Source: a virus. Taken from it: a DNA stretch of 48,314 nt. The notes beneath the pieces are model-generated. The model saw only the letters and a program-made list of their open reading frames with translations, made no database searches and was not told the DNA's origin. Positions 47,136 through 48,314 of this stretch are shown piece by piece; position 1 is the first letter of the stretch; each line of letters opens with the position of its first letter. The stretch covers positions 1-48,314 of IMG/VR virus record IMGVR_UViG_3300033186_000014. One strand, given 5' to 3'. The translations under genes were made by a program, and so were the position numbers.

Positions 47136-48314
47136 TATCTAGCCGTTCCTGAATATGTGCCTACAAGGGCCGTTGGCGCGTTTCTGCTGGCAAGCTCATT
47201 GAATGCTCTAGCAGAGGCGTCCACGATGTCTTTAAGTTTGCCGCTTGGGAAGACCTCAATCTCATCAAGAAAGCCTTCGTTCCAAGCTCCTTTTAGCAAC
47301 ATCACGTTGCCCGCTTCGCATTGAGCTGCTAAGGGCTCGGCCCTTGTTTCTTTGTCGCCGGTCTCTGGCGTTGCCCGCGCGGTATATCCTTCCAACATAC
47401 CAACAAGTTGCTGCGCTTGGTCCTTGCCCGCCTGGCCGGGATCTTTTGGCATTGAAATCTTGCAAGAATGGCCGTCCTGATCTGCTGTATTTTTAATCAG
47501 CCTGCGAACACCCGCAGGAGATTCCCTCTCGGCTTTGCAATCGGCGACAATGAATTTTCCGTCAGGCGTGCGCCCAATCTTGACACCCGCTGTCCTTGCG
47601 CCTTCCCCGTCTTTGGTTGCGGCTAAGTCCCATCCCCTGACAAACTGCGTCCCAGCTGGCACTGCGTTGACAATCGAGAAGTAGGAGCGTTTGAACATAC
47701 CCCCGCCTCTAGGTGCCGGCCTTTGCTGGTTCTGCCCCGCATGAGCGATCGAGCCTAGAGAAACCTTGTCCCGCTCAACAGCCTGTCGTGAAAACCGCCT
47801 TTCAAAGAGCAGTTCACCATCCTGCGTTCTTGGGTCTTGGTTGTAGACCTTTTTGGGCTTTGCGTTCTCTACGAACTCACGGCGGTTCTCAGGGACTTCA
47901 TCGCCTTCTTTGTACCAAACCTGCTTCTGAGCATCGTATCGCGCTGTGACAGGCTCTCCAGCGTCAAAATGCGTTGGTTTGACCACCGTGTAGCATCGTC
48001 TTTGCGGCTCGAACTCCATGGGAAGCATTAAATGCTCATATCCAAGGCTCTTGGCCAGCGCTACGCCTGTCGTGTCTTCCTCATTCAGGCGCTGCATCAC
48101 CATGACGATCGCCGACTTATCGGGATCGGTCAAACGGCTTGGAACGGCTTCAAGGAATGTTTCCTTTGCTGTCAATCGATCTGCGTCGGACTTGGCCTGA
48201 TCAACGGATAGGGGGTCATCAATGATCACCCTGTCACCACGCTCACCGGTCAAGGACTTGAACGACATAGCAGCCCGAAAGCCCATGTGGTCGTTCTCGA
48301 ACTTCCTTGTCGCG
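47135..48314 (-). CDS. terL: Terminase large subunit, C-terminal part (nuclease domain); continues from 1..504
   Basis: ..GERGDRVIIDDPLSVDQAKSDADR.. (Walker-B-like) and a C-terminal RNaseH-like region. The frame stays open to the window end. Confidence 0.9.
   Translation of the reverse strand, partial: ATRKFENDHMGFRAAMSFKSLTGERGDRVIIDDPLSVDQAKSDADRLTAKETFLEAVPSRLTDPDKSAIVMVMQRLNEEDTTGVALAKSLGYEHLMLPMEFEPQRRCYTVVKPTHFDAGEPVTARYDAQKQVWYKEGDEVPENRREFVENAKPKKVYNQDPRTQDGELLFERRFSRQAVERDKVSLGSIAHAGQNQQRPAPRGGGMFKRSYFSIVNAVPAGTQFVRGWDLAATKDGEGARTAGVKIGRTPDGKFIVADCKAERESPAGVRRLIKNTADQDGHSCKISMPKDPGQAGKDQAQQLVGMLEGYTARATPETGDKETRAEPLAAQCEAGNVMLLKGAWNEGFLDEIEVFPSGKLKDIVDASARAFNELASRNAPTALVGTYSGTAR
48236..48314. 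repeat. Terminal direct repeat (copy 2), circular-closure overlap
   Basis: Exact 79/79 match to bases 1-79. Confidence 0.95.

Larger units (their letters stand above)
1..48314. mobile_element. Complete temperate siphovirus genome in circular (attP) form; unique length 48,235 bp
   Basis: 79-bp identical overlap at both window ends. Full packaging, head, tail, lysis, replication, recombination and immunity modules are present, plus xis-int with a repeat-flanked intergenic gap. Confidence 0.9.

Overview
The window is one complete, circularly closed temperate siphovirus genome. Its unique length is 48,235 bp, because bases 1-79 are repeated exactly at 48236-48314 and the large-terminase gene reads across that junction. 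The layout is lambda-like. A divergent cI-like/Cro-like switch lies at about 9.75-10.4 kb. The minus-strand arm carries, in order: Cro-like, two tiny membrane ORFs, CII-like, a DUF1376-type replication gene, a GapR homologue, SSB, an orphan DNA methyltransferase, AntA, a NusG/RfaH-like factor, then terS-terL-portal-scaffold-capsid-connectors-tail-lysis. The plus-strand arm starts at a strong operator-overlapped promoter at 10871. It runs through about 35 small early genes (Rad52/Sak-type SSAP, NinB-like, Gp37/Gp68-DUF5131, Lar, Ref-like) to xis, an attP-like gap and a P4-type integrase. The GapR homologue and the GTA/lambda-like distal tail module suggest an alphaproteobacterial host; this is inference only. 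No tRNA, rRNA or CRISPR array was found. The points most worth follow-up are: (1) a phage NusG/RfaH paralogue in the lambda-Q position, combined with at least five U-tract intrinsic terminators (plus one strong hairpin lacking a U tract) embedded in the late operon; (2) a P22 immI-like module (Arc-like, antirepressor, divergent Mnt-like) plus a membrane-anchored candidate exclusion protein, inserted between the tail chaperone G/GT genes and the tape-measure gene; (3) a G9 tract where loss of one G would fuse the DUF5131 gene to the Lar gene; (4) a (Gly-X)30 repeat protein and exact 50-bp intergenic repeats in the first early-left genes; (5) several structured, apparently non-coding regions; (6) an endolysin with a C-terminal membrane anchor. 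All family names are assigned from motif recall only; no searches were run.
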